In this document: positions 63,195-64,000 of the stretch, piece by piece
Layout: every line of letters begins with the position of its first letter
Numbering within the stretch: the first letter of the stretch is position 1
Assembly (NCBI GenBank): GCA_002633005.1
Contig: NMRA01000164.1
Span: forward strand, 307,442-371,441
Length of the DNA: 64,000 bases
Reading direction: 5' to 3'
DNA from: Phoronis australis
Lineage: Eukaryota > Animalia > Phoronida
Made by a program: the position numbers and the translations under genes
The notes under the pieces: model-generated
What the model was told of the DNA's origin: nothing
What the model saw: only the letters and a program-made list of their open reading frames with translations
Databases searched by the model: none

Positions 63195-63798
63195 CAAAAA
63201 AATCATAAAGGACTAGACCACAACCTTTCTATCCTTGTACAAGTGATTGAGGTCAACGAACGAGCATTTCATCTAATAAAAGAAAGTGTATTTATTAATG
63301 ACAATTTAGTCCATCATACTTGCACCTCAAAACATGCTGTACACCAGCTGCAATATCTAAGTTAAGGAGTAAAAGCCGTTCGTTACTGAGGGTGCTTTGT
63401 AAAGTTATGATGGTATCTTGTAGATCTTGCATCTAAACCACGTGGCGAGACAAGTTTTGCACACATTTTATATGATTGATATGAACTGGATGAAAATTCA
63501 TCTTCCATCATCCCAACGTTCCATTTCGCTATGTTTGAACAGGGAGAAAGAAAAAAATCAAATTAGGCCTTTTACTCTCATAAAATTTGTTTCAAAATAT
63601 ACTTTACCACAATAGGATGCTGTTTCCGTTTCGCACAAGAAAATAGATTCAGGGTTGGCAAATCCCAATTTAGCCTTGGCCACTTCTAAAATTTGAAAAT
63701 GGCACATGTACACATAGCCTGTGACTTGGATTGGTGATAGAAATAGAATCCTATCATGATAACGAATGAGAGATTTTGTGAGAGCGTAATTTGATTTT

Positions 63799-63962
63799 TA
63801 CTTGGCGGAATTCGAAGAATTCCGTCAAGTATGTTGATCTGACAGCAATTTTTTGTTTTTTTTACTTGGCAAAATAAATTTCGCCAAGTATATTGCTCTG
63901 ACACTAAGTTTGTTACTTGGCGAAATAAATTTCGCCAAGTATGTTGCTCTTCCACTAAGTTT

Positions 63963-63965
<3 letters not shown>
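63799..63965. repeat. Tandem repeat of palindromic units (~51-64 bp period), running into poly-T
   Basis: TACTTGGC...CAAGTA hairpins at 63799-63831, 63863-63890 and 63914-63941. Confidence 0.8.

Positions 63966-64000
<35 letters not shown>

Noticed and set aside
63799-63965. CRISPR-like palindromic repeats
   Set aside because: Spacers are near-identical to each other and repeats diverge, so this is a tandem repeat.
63964-64000. Terminal poly-T run (also the N plus poly-C at 56348-56368)
   Set aside because: Probably a homopolymer or assembly-edge effect; cannot be interpreted without flanking sequence.

Overview
Animal genomic DNA, AT-rich and with GT-AG introns; not prokaryotic. It is probably from a non-arthropod protostome (lophotrochozoan), inferred from the presence of FoxH, miR-2/miR-279 seed sites and TTAGGG repeats. 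The window holds two convergent transcription-factor genes. The first is a two-exon FoxH (FoxH1-like) gene on + (434-679, 1216-1971). The second is a seven-coding-exon ZFHX3/4 (zfh2/ATBF1-like) gene on - (36466 down to 7950). It encodes about 2932 aa with 4 homeodomains and about 25 zinc fingers, all its coding introns are phase 1, and its ~3 kb putative 3'UTR is rich in K-boxes. The remaining ~27 kb is the gene-free 5' intron/upstream region of ZFHX and contains many small transposon relics. The most notable is a Penelope-like (GIY-YIG) retroelement fragment with a near-canonical minimal hammerhead ribozyme, split at a TTAA site by a Kolobok-like DNA element carrying a decayed KolX-like ORF. 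Nearby is a 244-bp palindrome built from two inverted hammerhead-bearing arms. All calls were made by eye; no database searches were run.
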